Both the position numbers and the translations under genes were made by a program. From Ascidiella aspersa (lineage: Eukaryota), in assembly GCA_963924565.1 (NCBI GenBank), contig OZ004612.1:29078001-29142000 (forward strand): a stretch of 64,000 bases of DNA, in the 5' to 3' direction. The notes under the pieces are model-generated. The model made no database searches. It was not told where the DNA came from and saw only the letters and a program-made list of their open reading frames with translations. This document shows, piece after piece, positions 35,501 through 47,175 of the stretch. The stretch's first letter is position 1. Each line of letters opens with the position of its first letter.

Positions 35501-38500
35501 GCAAAACCTACAGCAAGTTAGAGACGAATTCCCAGGCACCCATTCCGCTCCATAATTCCATTCGTCCAAAATTTTGAATTCTTCTTTCGCGATATGGACT
35601 CTATATAAAATGATTCTCACGTAATAATGTATGGCAAAAAGGGGTGCCTTTTCAAAGGCCTACAGCAACTAGTTATAAGTGCAAGGTTTGAACTAGTCTT
35701 TGGCGAGGTTCGAACTCACGACCACAGCATAACATTTTTTTATTGTATTATTATTATTATTGCTAGTCAGGATATGTTTAAGGTTTTATATCACAGATGT
35801 ATACAAGAACATTACGATTTGTAAGGTAACTAGTTTAGTTCAACACTTAACTGCCGTACATTTGTTCTCTCGTCATTTGCTGCAACTTGTCGGCGTTGTA
35901 ATCTGTGTCGGGTAGGGACAGGTGTTCCAACAGCAATCTTCGAATAAATGAATATTGCTCCTGAAAGAAAACAACATTATACAGCATGACTAAAGTAGTT
36001 TATTAAAGTCGTTGTTATTTTTCTTAAAGCAGGATGTGGTATGATACACAGATTTTCGTAGAAATTTCTATAAAAACTATAAAATCTAACATAGGGATGT
36101 CCCCAACTTTACATTATATATACTAATACATTTAAAAAACAAAAAAAATTGCTTTAGAATAAGAACTTTACATCAGTTGTTACGTGCTTTGATAAATTTA
36201 CTTTTAAAGGTTGCGATGCACCGGTATATTTTTCTTTGCGAACGTTTCGTCAATAATTCTTGCCATCGCAGTGTGAAATAATTTAAAATGAAAACGCAAT
36301 AATCGACAAAACACACGGTAATCGGCAGAGTAAGCTCATTTTACACACCGACGATGACATGAGATGTTGCCGATACGTTTGTAAACACAAATATATGTCG
36401 ATTTTATCGAAACGTCTTGTATTTCATAGATGTTATAGTTTTTATAAACACTGTGTGTATCTTACCCAGTCTTGGACCAACTGAGATTTATGTTGTTTCA
36501 ACTTTACAACCGTATTATTTAAATCCACATTTCCTTTGGTATCTGCCTCATCGAAAGCAGTGTCCATTGCAATGTAAACACCAGTCAGTTCTTTAGAGGC
36601 ACTGAAATTATAAAATAAATTATTTTTGCACGCTAAGAAATTTTATTTTCTGTTGGGGATCCAACTTGAAAAACATTATTTCAAATTTCTAACTTTAAAA
36701 TTGCTTAGCGTTTTCTTTTAGCCTACTTGTCAGACAAACTTTCCTTTAGATTAGAAAGCCGGTAGTATTTTTTCAGAAAAGAGCACTTTCATTAAGATAA
36801 ACGAATATTGATGCTTTGTATGGTAAATATTGTACCTTCGCACCTTTGAAACGGCTCACATTTGTTCATTTCACTCTAATAAGTCACAGTTACCTGCAAT
36901 GAACGGTAATTGGATTCCTTCTGTCGTGACTTTCTTCGACCATTTTTCGCAAGTGAATCAAGCTAGTTGTAGTAACAGGTGTTCCGTGGTCAGGCCAGCC
37001 AATGAAGTGGAACTGAGTGACAGGGCGTTGTTCCTGGTACTAAATATACACACACAAAAAAAGCTTGTCATTTCCCTAACACTGCTTCGTGTCCCAGTGG
37101 CCGAAGGCTTAGTTTAAGAACTCTCTTCTGGTGTAAACGAACTTATAAAGCGACGTTTTGGCAGCAGACACTAGCTAACCACAGGTATATAACTTCGTTT
37201 ACACCAGAAGAGCGATTTCTATCTATTGATACTTTATTCAGGTTTAAGTTTTAATTTTACACAAATTTGAATAACAAGTAATTACTTCGATTGTCCCAAG
37301 TTCAAGCTTCCTTTGGATTATGTTTCCAAACCGCTTTTCCTCTAATGAATTTATCCTGAACCTTCCGTGTGTTGAAGTTGACAATAATTGCGGCCAATAT
37401 CGTACTGGTTTGGTCTGATATAAGATTCAGATTTAAACGTGAATGGCAAATTAAAACGGTTTATTTCAAGGACGGTTACCTTGGCTTGTTTTTCGCTTAT
37501 CATCACAATGGTTGAGCAGTTCTGTTGCCAAATCAATTTCCAGAATTCGTGAATCGTTGTCGATTTGGGATCCCGCGTGGATATGAATTTAGACTCGTTG
37601 TTGTAACCCTATTTTCAATTTAGTATGAATTTAAGCAAACGTTGTTTGTGCAATAAAAAAGAAAGAAAGATTAGAATACTTTGTGTAAAATAACACAAAG
37701 ATTTTGTTAACCTAGCTTACCGGTATGTAAGGAACGTTGTAGTAGTCCCTTCCCGCTCTTGTTCTTGCTTTAAAATTTTTACAAAATTTAATTGACGCTA
37801 CATCATTCATTTTCCAATAGTGTTATTGGTAGTCATTTGTACTTACTTGAATATAAGTTTTTCGATTTGTACCTCGAAGCATTGCGTTTGTTCAACGTTG
37901 CAGTCAGAATGCTATTAATTCCTAGACTTGAACGCAACCCCTATAAAAATGTATTTTACTTAGGAAAAACAAAACAAGAGTCTTGATAATTTACCACTCA
38001 GTGGCGCACAGTCAATGTAGTGCACAAAAAATATAATGTATTTCTCTGATGTTTTGGTTTGGCCGATCGGTAAAACACACTACTCTATTTTTAAAAGCGT
38101 GGCAGTGTTTTCAAAGAGTAATTTAAACCTTGCAATTGGATATTGACTTCCATATTCTAGTTCGATCCTCGTAATTGTTCTTAAACGGAAAAAAGGGACT
38201 TTTTAATATTCTACATAGCCACCGCCGGAAACCAACTTACATTGAACTGGTCTTGGCAGTCTTTAAAGTTGTTTTGTGAGCTCAGCAGATAGTTGTTGTA
38301 TAAGTCAGATTTTAATCTGAGTCTTTTAGCCTTGGGATCATTTTCGTCGAAACTAGTATCTGTAACATCAACTAAAAGAATTGTTAAATAAAAAGTCGCA
38401 TTATAGTTGGTAACTCTTTGCAAACACTTTCTTACCATCTGGAAAGCTCCACTTGCGCTCGGAGTCCACCTCTCCACCTCTGTACGTTTAAAATGAAAAA

Positions 38501-41500
38501 AGGTTATAAAAAAGCTACATAGCTTAGTCAGTTTATGGTTAATGTAGCTCGAAATTACTGAATAAGGTTGTTTTATAACGTTGGAACATAATTGACCTTA
38601 GCGAACATGCTGTTTGGGATAAAAATTGGCGCTATGGCAGTATAAATGAATTTTACGAAATCGGAATTAATCCTGCACGATTTTGAAAGTGCTCAATCAG
38701 CACTCGTGTCTAATATTATTATCTATGGTTCAGTCACAATACCTTACCTTTTACAATAGCAGCAGCAAGCAACGCACAAAGCAATAATAAGCAAGATCGT
38801 TATGATGAGCAGAATTAGTGTGATACTGGCCATTCCTAAATAGAAGAAAAGTTTGATATATTTGCTATGGTTTATTTTAGCTGCACACGAAAAGTTACTT
38901 TTTGCTGATTTGCAAAATCCATCCACTGCCACCCATTCATTTGGACCTTCGCATGTTGTAGCTCTAATCTGTGTTAAAATTATTATGTGTTGTGTTTTTG
39001 TAAACGTGTTACAATTATAGCAAGTTTACCTGCGCAGTTATGCGAGTTTTATTTCCGTGTCCTTGAAGAGAAATGTTCATTCGATGTTCCGCGTTAGGTT
39101 CTGTTCTTGTCAAATCGTATTCTTGGAACGTTGTGTTTGATGAACTGATGACTTTAACCTGAAATGTCATCCCTGTTGTTGAGATTTTCGTTGGTTTAAC
39201 TTTTAACGGTTTTCTAAAGACCGGGAAAATTATTTTTACGAGAAATTGATATCGATTTAAAAAACAATGTTTAATCCTTTTTGTTTATTTTGCAATGTGC
39301 TCGTATCTATTGGTTCCTAAAGCATTTACATTTTAGTGACTTGTCGCTTAAATCATAGGCGTAGCCAAGGGGGGCTGAGGGGCCATGGCCCCCCCAAAAT
39401 TTATAAATATTTTACTCTTAATAATTTGTTTTTTTAGCATTTTTGAGCAGTACCACAACATTTGATCACAGGCATGCCACACTTTCAATTCTCATGTACT
39501 GTTACGTCACAAACGATGTAGTTAATATAACATTTACTATACATTAATGTAGTTTTACTACTTTCAGACAGTTTTTGCTCTTGGACTATTTTTTTAGTAT
39601 TGCGTTAACACTAATTCAGTTGCTGCTCGAAACGGTTTGCTAGCATTGTGATGTGTGTTCGTTGCGGCAGTTAATACAATGGTAAAAGCTAAACGAAAAA
39701 TTCCAACTTTTTGGCCCCCCAAAATTTTCGGCTGGCTACGCCACTGGCTTAAATGCACCCTACGTTGAAACAAAGTGTGCCTGAAAGTACAGAAAGGTTT
39801 GAGGAATACAAATAAAAGTTGATTTGTTTAAATAACGTTGTTTGACCCTGGCATTGTTTCATGTTTTAACTTTTTTTAATAATTACCTCTGCCACATTTT
39901 AAAGCTTAACAATGCACAATTGTTGCAATTAATTTCCCAAAAAACACACAAAATTTCTCCGTTGTCGGTATCACCAAGAAAAAGTACTTTCATTTAACTT
40001 ACTGTGTAGCTGAGAATATTTCCGCTCTCATCTGACGGCATAACGACTGTGCAAACCTTTACGGTTGATTCTATCCTGGCTTTTGTAACGGGTTCGGCCA
40101 AACCGTAGCTTGTGTTAGCTGATAAGGTTGAATGCACAGACCCGCTGAAGCAACGACCAAATAATGCAGCCACCTTTAAACAATACACACTGTAAACACG
40201 AGTTTATTTGATATGGAATTTGCTACTTTAGATTAGGTTTGCAACCGTAATATCCTTGCATCAATATAGTGCTGTATATCCTCGAAAAAACGTTTATCGG
40301 GTGGGCAATAAAGAATTAATCTGCCTTGTATTTCGAGGCTACCATTTTCAAATGGTTACACTTTTGTTGGTAATTGGCTTGATAGATAGCATTAGTAAAT
40401 AAATCTTGTGGACTCTATAGATAAATGGGGCCTAATTGTTGCATGGTTTGCTATTTATTAACTCGCAATTGTTATGTATGGAATTACTTCTGCTTGGCAT
40501 TATATATTATTAGAAAACGTGCTTTAATTCGCAGTAGATAGAAACATGGAGATTAAGAGTCTTACCTTAAAGGTGTATTTTGTACGTTTTGTTAGATTCC
40601 CAATGGTCGTAGTGAGATCTTTATAGTCAACACGTTTGTCGGTGATGTTTTTACCGCTTATTACCACCTGCTTAATACATTGCGTTGATAATATAAAATG
40701 ATAATTCATGCTCAGCTAAAACATCGCGAAAAATCAAAACAAATTATATGTTAAACACAATATCCAGTACCTCTTAACTAGGCCGCAGCGAATTTTAAAA
40801 TATAGAAATTTTCGGTGAATTACCGTGATATTTACCGCATTTTAAAAACATTCGTTGATGTAGTAAGAATATCAAAAATAAAGCAGAAGAAAGAAGCATT
40901 TTGAAATTTTTCAATATTTCTTTATTCATTTCAAAAAAATAATATTTAAAACGTTCACAAAATGCTACCTACTTCTGTATGGGCTTTGATATTCATTCCA
41001 CGTTTAACTACAACCTCCAGCCATTATCCTTTAAAAACATGCTGATGTTATTAAAATAATAAGTATAAAAGTGGACGTTACCGTTATATTCGAGCAGTTA
41101 TATTTGTCTTGTAACTTCAGCAAGTTGTCTTTCCAACTGACTTTAAGTTGTGTGGAATTGCAAGTAACCGGCTCCAATTTTGGTTCAACTGCATATCAGA
41201 TGAAACATTAACGTGCAATAGTTCGTTGTAAAAGCTTTGTTTTAATTCATTGACAACGAAACGCCTTCATGCTCCTTACGTATTGCCTTGAATTGTATTA
41301 AAAACGATTGAAAAGTTATGAATATATTGTTTTGTAAAAAGTGTGCGACTAGTTTTTAAGTTTATTAGAGTGTGAGAAGCAAAAAAAGAAGTTTTAGATC
41401 ACTGCCCTATATTCTAATTAAGCTGACCTTTACAGGCAATTGAATATTTCTTTAATTTAAAGATGTTCATAAAACCGTGAGTAAAAATGTAGTAATTTGG

Positions 41501-44500
41501 AACATTTCTTTAAATTTTTCGTCATTACTAATGTTTGAATACTATTGCCAATGTTTGTTAAATTGATCAGAAATTTGTATCATTGTCATACTTACACTTT
41601 ACTAGGCAAGAGTAGTAAGTGTCACTATCTTTACAAGCCTTGTTAAGAATTTGATTACTATCAAAGTCCCAAACTTTCTGCTGGCAAGTTGTGTGACCAA
41701 CATCTGTGAACTCTGTAGCATTTTCACCATCGCTCCATTTCCATTGTTGGTTTGACTCATTGAATCGAGCCCCGATGAAAACTTTAGAGTGTAAATCTAC
41801 ATAATAATGAAGTCTATCAAAAACGTGAGGCTAAGGTCAGTTTCATGACACACATGGAGCACATGGCCATAAAGTCCCCAAAATATTTTTTGCTTGTTTT
41901 AACTACAAAAATTAGAAAATTTAACTCTGCGCAGGATCTGATTTATCTTTCTAGCATGTTTTTATTATACCACTTTAATACAATCGTTTTAGCTCAAAGG
42001 CATCTTACGTCGTTTTACACGCCCCCAAAGAAAAGTGTGATAACTTAAAATGCATAAAGCGCGAATCGAAAACATCTTCTCATAAAGCTGTTGAATTAAA
42101 AGCAACACCTCTCCAACCTAAAACTTTAACGATATAAACCAGCTGTGTAGGGATCTTATGGTTATTTCTTTATGTTGTCACGTTTCGATAAAACTTTATG
42201 ACATCATATTTGTATGTAACTTTATGACATCATATTTGTATGTAACTTTATGACATCATATTTGTATGTAACTTTATGACGCGTCGTTGTTGTGACTTTG
42301 TAATGTCCAGGTGTGAAGTACCTTTATGACCTTATCCCTGAAAAAAAATTACTGCCAAACAACAAATTCTAAATGCGCTCCTAGAATTTGGCTATGAGAT
42401 GTTAAAGTAATATGCTAATGATTTGTTTGGTATTTTTAACTTTTTTATATTGTATATATTGCACCAGATATGTTGCTATCGCACAAAGCGTAGAATCTCC
42501 CCTTTTCGTTCATGAAGTCTAGATAGCTGTCGTCTTTTACATCTGTAAGTCTCATTGACCATGGCTCCCCAGAATTGTCGTATGAGTAGATCTCCTTGGA
42601 ACCCGGCTCATGCGTACTTTGCCCGTATAAAAGGAACATTTCATTCCAATCTTAAAGCGAATAAAGAATATTTTTTAAGCGAAGGGTAAAATTTCTTGCT
42701 GTATCGATTGTTTGGAGTTTTTAGAAGCTGGTGATGTTTTATAGTAGTGAAATACATCTGATCAAGTTGACTATACGGGCGTTAATGTTTCAAAATTGGT
42801 CAGATCCTTATAGTATTCAATTAAACAAAAAGTTGCAACTAAAAATAAGAGTTAAATGTTTCTCTAACTTACAGTCTCATTATAACAAAGCCTTATAAAA
42901 CGATATTATTGTGTTGTGTAGAGTAACTTAGCTTCAATATGTTCATCATGGGTATATTCAATTTTGGTCAATATACCCTCAAGGGTTCAGACTTAGCTCT
43001 AAGAAGTCAGAACAATTCTTTAATTTGTATATACTCGGGTTTAGCCTTATCTGATTGGGCATAGCAATTTTCTTTATAGTGATTTGTTTACCTCGATGGC
43101 AGGTTCTATCCACCGAAACCAACCACTTTTCCACTTCGCTTTTTGACTCACAAAACCGTATGGGGATTGTTGACGGCGAATTGTCGCTTCTGTGACGAAA
43201 CAGTAACAGTCATTTAAATTCCCCCGTATATGATAAGGTCAACGCGGAGAGGTTTTCAAAATGTGCTTCGCGACGCCATTGTGCGTCGTTTCAATTTTCA
43301 AGTGCCACACACATTAATTATAATGTATCGTATCTTAACTCCATTGTGGTAACAAAATGTTCACAGAATTTATTACCTACTGACGTGAACAATATTGGTA
43401 CTCTAGATCCCCTTTAATATAAAGTTGCTTGTACTAGCATAATGTAACAAGCACTTACATATAGTTGTTTCTCGACTTGTTCCTGTCTGAGCCTGCATAG
43501 CTCAGTCGGTAGAGCGACGGTTCCGGTTAGGCCGGAGGTCGTGAGTTCAAACCCCATCCTAGCCTATATTTAATTTTCTAGCCTGCATTATTAAACGATA
43601 TATTTGGTAAGCCTGTGATAGCTTTCTGTGTACTACTAACATATGCATACGAGTTTATTGTTACTATAAATACTACAGTCCAACTTGCTGTAATTACTAG
43701 AGTTCAACAAAATTTAAAGGGAAGTAGGTTAATACAAAGTACTCACGAGTTGTAAAGATCAATGTACCACAAATGTCCGAGATGTTGGGGACTAACCCAA
43801 GGTGAAGACTCGTTTGAAAATAACGAATATTTGTAAATACTCGTTTTGCTCTTGTTGTAATAGATCCAAACTCGTGTAATATCTTAAGTGACAAAAGGTA
43901 TTTATGAGTTCTAAGCAACAATATATCTTAGCATCTTCTGATCGGCGTTAACGTTATTGGACTTTGACATATTGTTAAATCTTAAATAAGTTTTTTCAAT
44001 TTATATCGTTAAAATATAGCAGAAACCCTAACCAAACGTTACATTATTTAGGGTACGAAACGTCAGTACATGTAAAAGGTAAAAGTGCGTAAGAATGCTG
44101 CCTTTTATTCAGTATATTCATCATACAGTGTTTCAAGCGTTGCTACCTGGTACGTAGAAGGTTTCCCGCAGTTCGACGAAACCTTGGTAAAAATCGTCTT
44201 TCACATTGGTGAGTCTCATCAAAGTTGAATTATCTTCGTGACTGTAGGAGTAGATTGCTTGGTAGCCCGGCAACTGTTTGCTGCTTCCGTATAACTTAAA
44301 TTCTTCCGTCCAATCTACGATAAAAAGCCACACAATTTTGAATAACTGGCTGTATTATTGTTATTACCGTAGCTCGATCGATAGAGCGACGGTTGCGGTA
44401 TGCCCCGAGGTCTAGAGAAGTGGTTCTCAACCGCGGCTCCGAGAGTATTTTAGCGGCTCCCATTAGGGTGAAAGCAATAAAATGAGGTTAAAAAAATAAA

Positions 44501-47175
44501 TATAGGGTTCAAAAAATTATCAGAAGCATATTTGCACACGAGTTTGCTCGACAACAGCAGGTATTTTTAGATTAATTGTCTGATTTCGTAAATTTATGAC
44601 GTCATACCTGAAAATTGTTATGCCCCCTAAACAAAAACACTGGATCCACCCCTGCGCATAACATACCGCGATGCAAAAGCAACTTTCTAAGGAATCTTTT
44701 TTTTTAGAAAGAAAATAGGACGTTTCAGAGTAAATTGAAAGAGAAACATTTGCCGTTTCTTCGATGTCTTTTGTTGTTATTATTTTTAATAAAATGCTTA
44801 AAGTTTTGGCGGCTCTGTTTTAAAATCGAGTATTCAAATTTGGCTCCGATGCTGACAAAGGTTGAGAATCACTGGTCTAGAATGTGAAGTCTGAATCGAG
44901 CCAAAAAAGTGAACTCGAGTCTGAGTCAAATAAAAAAATTAACCCGATTTTATCTCTGACCAAGTTCGCCTATTACGTCGAGTCCGACTCCGACTCAAAA
45001 CTATAAAAGGTTAATGTCCACCAATCCACTCATAGGAGTGTCATATAATTCAGTTCTTCGCAATAAGTGGTTGGCAATTATTTTGCAATATGCTATTCAA
45101 TTCCTGCAATTTACTTTTTTCTGCCTTCGCAATTTGCTACTGCGCAGGCGCACGTCTGACTCGGGACTCCGATAGTCTTACGGAGTCTCACTCGACTCCA
45201 AAATCCAACTGCGCAGTCTTGGTCCCAACTGCTTCTTATTAACTGGACAAATATATATATATATATTTCCAACATCTTTCACTGGTCTACTTACGGGATT
45301 GACAGGGTTCGGTAATCACCACCCAACTTCTTGTAGTTTTGTCGGAGCAGAAATACAATGATATTGGCGAGTCTGGTACCAACGAACTGCACACAAAAAT
45401 ATAGCTGTTTTAGGGCCTGCTACATCCAAAATGTTTTGTTGCACCGGTGCAGGGGTCCCTGAACTACGGCCTTACGGTTAAATTTTTCGGGCCCGCGACA
45501 TATTTTCCTAATGGTTCTGAAATACAGGCATCAAAACTTTGTTAGTCAAACAGTTTGTCGGATGTCCAACTACTAGGCTAAGTGTTGACGAAATTCAAAG
45601 CTAAGCAAAGCTTCCAAAACCTTTGTAAAAAATAAATATTGTTCAATAGTGAAAGCGGTAGGAGTTGCTTTATCTTTGAACGCTCAATTACGATAAATAG
45701 TAATAGCCTTTTCTTTATTAATAACGTTTTAACGTTCATTCAAAGCAATAATATTAACTACTAGGCTAAATGTTGACGAAATTTAATGCTAAGCAAAGCT
45801 TCCCAAACCTTTGTGAAAAATAAATATTGTTCTATTATGTTTTTAATTTTGGTTATCCGGACCTTTATGACCGTTGTGCAATCGAATTTTACACTCTTAT
45901 TTGTGAGTTAGGCTTATTTATTGGGTTGTAGTTGATTCACACTTAAACTTGCATAATTATTCTAACCCACGCTCCCTATTCAGTCACGTAGGTTTTTTTG
46001 AAGCAAATCAGTAATAAATATTTTGCCGCCCTTTGTTTTATTTTTTTAGTATATGCCGCAAGCTGAAAAATGCACTGGACGCCCATTATAAACATTAATT
46101 GTTATATTGCAATTTAAAAGTTATACAGAAGTTTCTTTAAATATTTTCATCAGCGTAACCTCTTTAGTCATATGTGTTATATTCATTATAACTTACGTGT
46201 CATTATACAGATTAAAGTACCACATATCACCGAGATCTTCGACACTTTTCCATGTCTTACTATCAGTGGTTGGATGTAGAGAATACTTGTAGATCTTCGT
46301 TGTTTGGTTTTCGTAGAATATCCAAATACGAACCGTTCCTAGAACAGGTTCAAAGATTGCTGGTTAAGCCAATTTATTGTTTACAAGGTGTTTTTTTCTC
46401 GCAAGTTATGTTAAAATATTGATTTAGTTCCTAATCGTCGGGTAATGAAACTCCAATAGGGTATTATGACAACTTGGAAGGAGTAATAGTGAAAGCGGTA
46501 GGAGTTGCTTTATCTTTGAACGCTCAATATCGATAAGTAGTAATAGCCTTTCCGTTATTAATAACGTTTTAACGTTCATTCAAAGCAATATTAGGTTTTT
46601 ATTAAGTTGTTTTTGTAGTTTGTTTTTTCTTATGTAGTATGTTCTTTTCTATGATCACAGGTCACTGTTTTATTGTTTTTTAAAAAGTTGTAGCATTCTT
46701 TTAAAAGAGGTAAAAGAAATAGTTTAGGAATACGGAATATTCAAATGACTCTCTTCAGTCTTTTTAAATTAGAATTTTAGAAAAATTTTAATTTCTTAAA
46801 GTAAATTTGTTTTGCATTTTTTCAACCAAATATTTTAATTTTGAAAACAAACTTGACCTGGTGCATATTTTAGGCTTGCTGCTTTCGTAAAATTTTGATT
46901 GACATCTGCTTCTCTGGTGACAACCAAATATCCACCTAGCTCTTCGCATCTTTTCTCTGCCGTATACGCATCGCTCAACTCATCCGATAAAGTGATCACG
47001 CTGTCGCCAACCGACGATAGATCAGGTGCGCAAACTACTAAAAACATTTTGTAAAACCTGGTCGACAGGAATTCGACAAGTGTAATTGTTTAAACGCATT
47101 TGCATACTTACCCACCCCGGAAGTCAGGTAACATCTACTTATCAGCAAAATACTTGTTAGAAATATCTCATTCAT
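32590..47175 (-). CDS. Receptor 1: receptor-type protein tyrosine phosphatase-like protein (split CTLD + 2 ABC inserts + 2 FN3-like + TM + tandem PTP D1/D2, both catalytically degenerate; ~1248 aa)
   Basis: 31 phase-consistent exons: 47112-47175, 46858-47034, 46197-46338, 45295-45386, 44147-44314, 43747-43882, 43092-43189, 42465-42650, 41596-41796, 41082-41188, 40566-40667, 40003-40173, 39030-39158, 38899-38968, 38748-38835 (TM), 38436-38479, 38241-38371, 37847-37940, 37721-37767, 37480-37608, 37286-37414, 36894-37039, 36466-36601, 35860-35960, 35512-35600, 35370-35443, 34877-34993, 34461-34577, 33592-33731, 33076-33211, 32590-32775 (TAA). PTP motifs: DYYNVPYI, EFWKLIWQQNCSTIVM, RYWP, QFHFIGWPDHGTP, PITVHCS, LVQDWEQYSF; D2 NASYI, FIATQCP, EFWKM, VDVFRIVKDLRDMRPNMV. 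Confidence 0.9.
32700..35600 (-). other. PTP domain D2 region of receptor 1 (P-loop VCCKNGCGKTG, no WPD)
   Basis: EEFKIL, NASYIE, HFIATQCP, EEFWKM, GKTGTFIAL, VDVFRIVKDLRDMRPNMVDSPERYIECY. Confidence 0.85.
33783..34075 (+). mobile_element. Two tandem copies of the tRNA-like repeat (best cloverleaf 33834-33907)
   Basis: GCCTGTG...CACAGGC acceptor stem, tagctcagttggtagagc, cggtc-ccggtat-gatcg arm (GGT in loop), gttcgaacc; second copy ~33982-34060. Confidence 0.8.
35860..38371 (-). other. PTP domain D1 region of receptor 1 (WPD loop intact, P-loop HCSASKELTG)
   Basis: Exons 17-24 translate to the recognisable PTP motif series; a phase-2 intron falls inside HCS|A, the position typical of classical PTP genes. 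Confidence 0.85.
39354..39746. mobile_element. Non-autonomous hAT element (MITE)
   Basis: Ends cataggcgtagcc / ggctacgccactg; perfect 8-bp TSD gcttaaat (39346-39353, 39747-39754); ggccccc-caaaat subterminal motifs. Confidence 0.85.
42192..42280. repeat. 26-bp minisatellite (aactttatgacatcatatttgtatgt, ~3.4 copies)
   Basis: Three exact units plus a partial unit. Confidence 0.9.
43460..43640 (+). mobile_element. tRNA-like repeat copy
   Basis: gagcctgcatagctcagtcggtagagcgacggttccggttaggccggaggtcgtgagttcaaacc with leader and body. Confidence 0.75.
44418..44874. mobile_element. hAT MITE inserted into a tRNA-like repeat copy
   Basis: TIR aagtggttctcaacc / ggttgagaatcactg; TSD gtctagag / gtctagaa; gcggctc subterminal repeats; left flank 44369-44417 is the 5' part of the tRNA-like repeat. 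Confidence 0.8.
44890..45215 (-). repeat. Interspersed repeat, inverted counterpart of ~1695-2080
   Basis: actgcgcaggcgcacgtctgactcgggactc (45139-45169) closely matches the reverse complement of gagtcccgagtccgacgtgtgcatgcgcagt (1769-1799); gagtc-rich ends. Confidence 0.6.

Noticed and set aside
42192-42280. CRISPR-like array
   Set aside because: Head-to-tail minisatellite without spacers in a eukaryotic intron.
32590-47175. Receptor 1 as a pseudogene
   Set aside because: The reading frame and GT-AG splice sites are intact across 31 exons; losses centre on catalytic residues.
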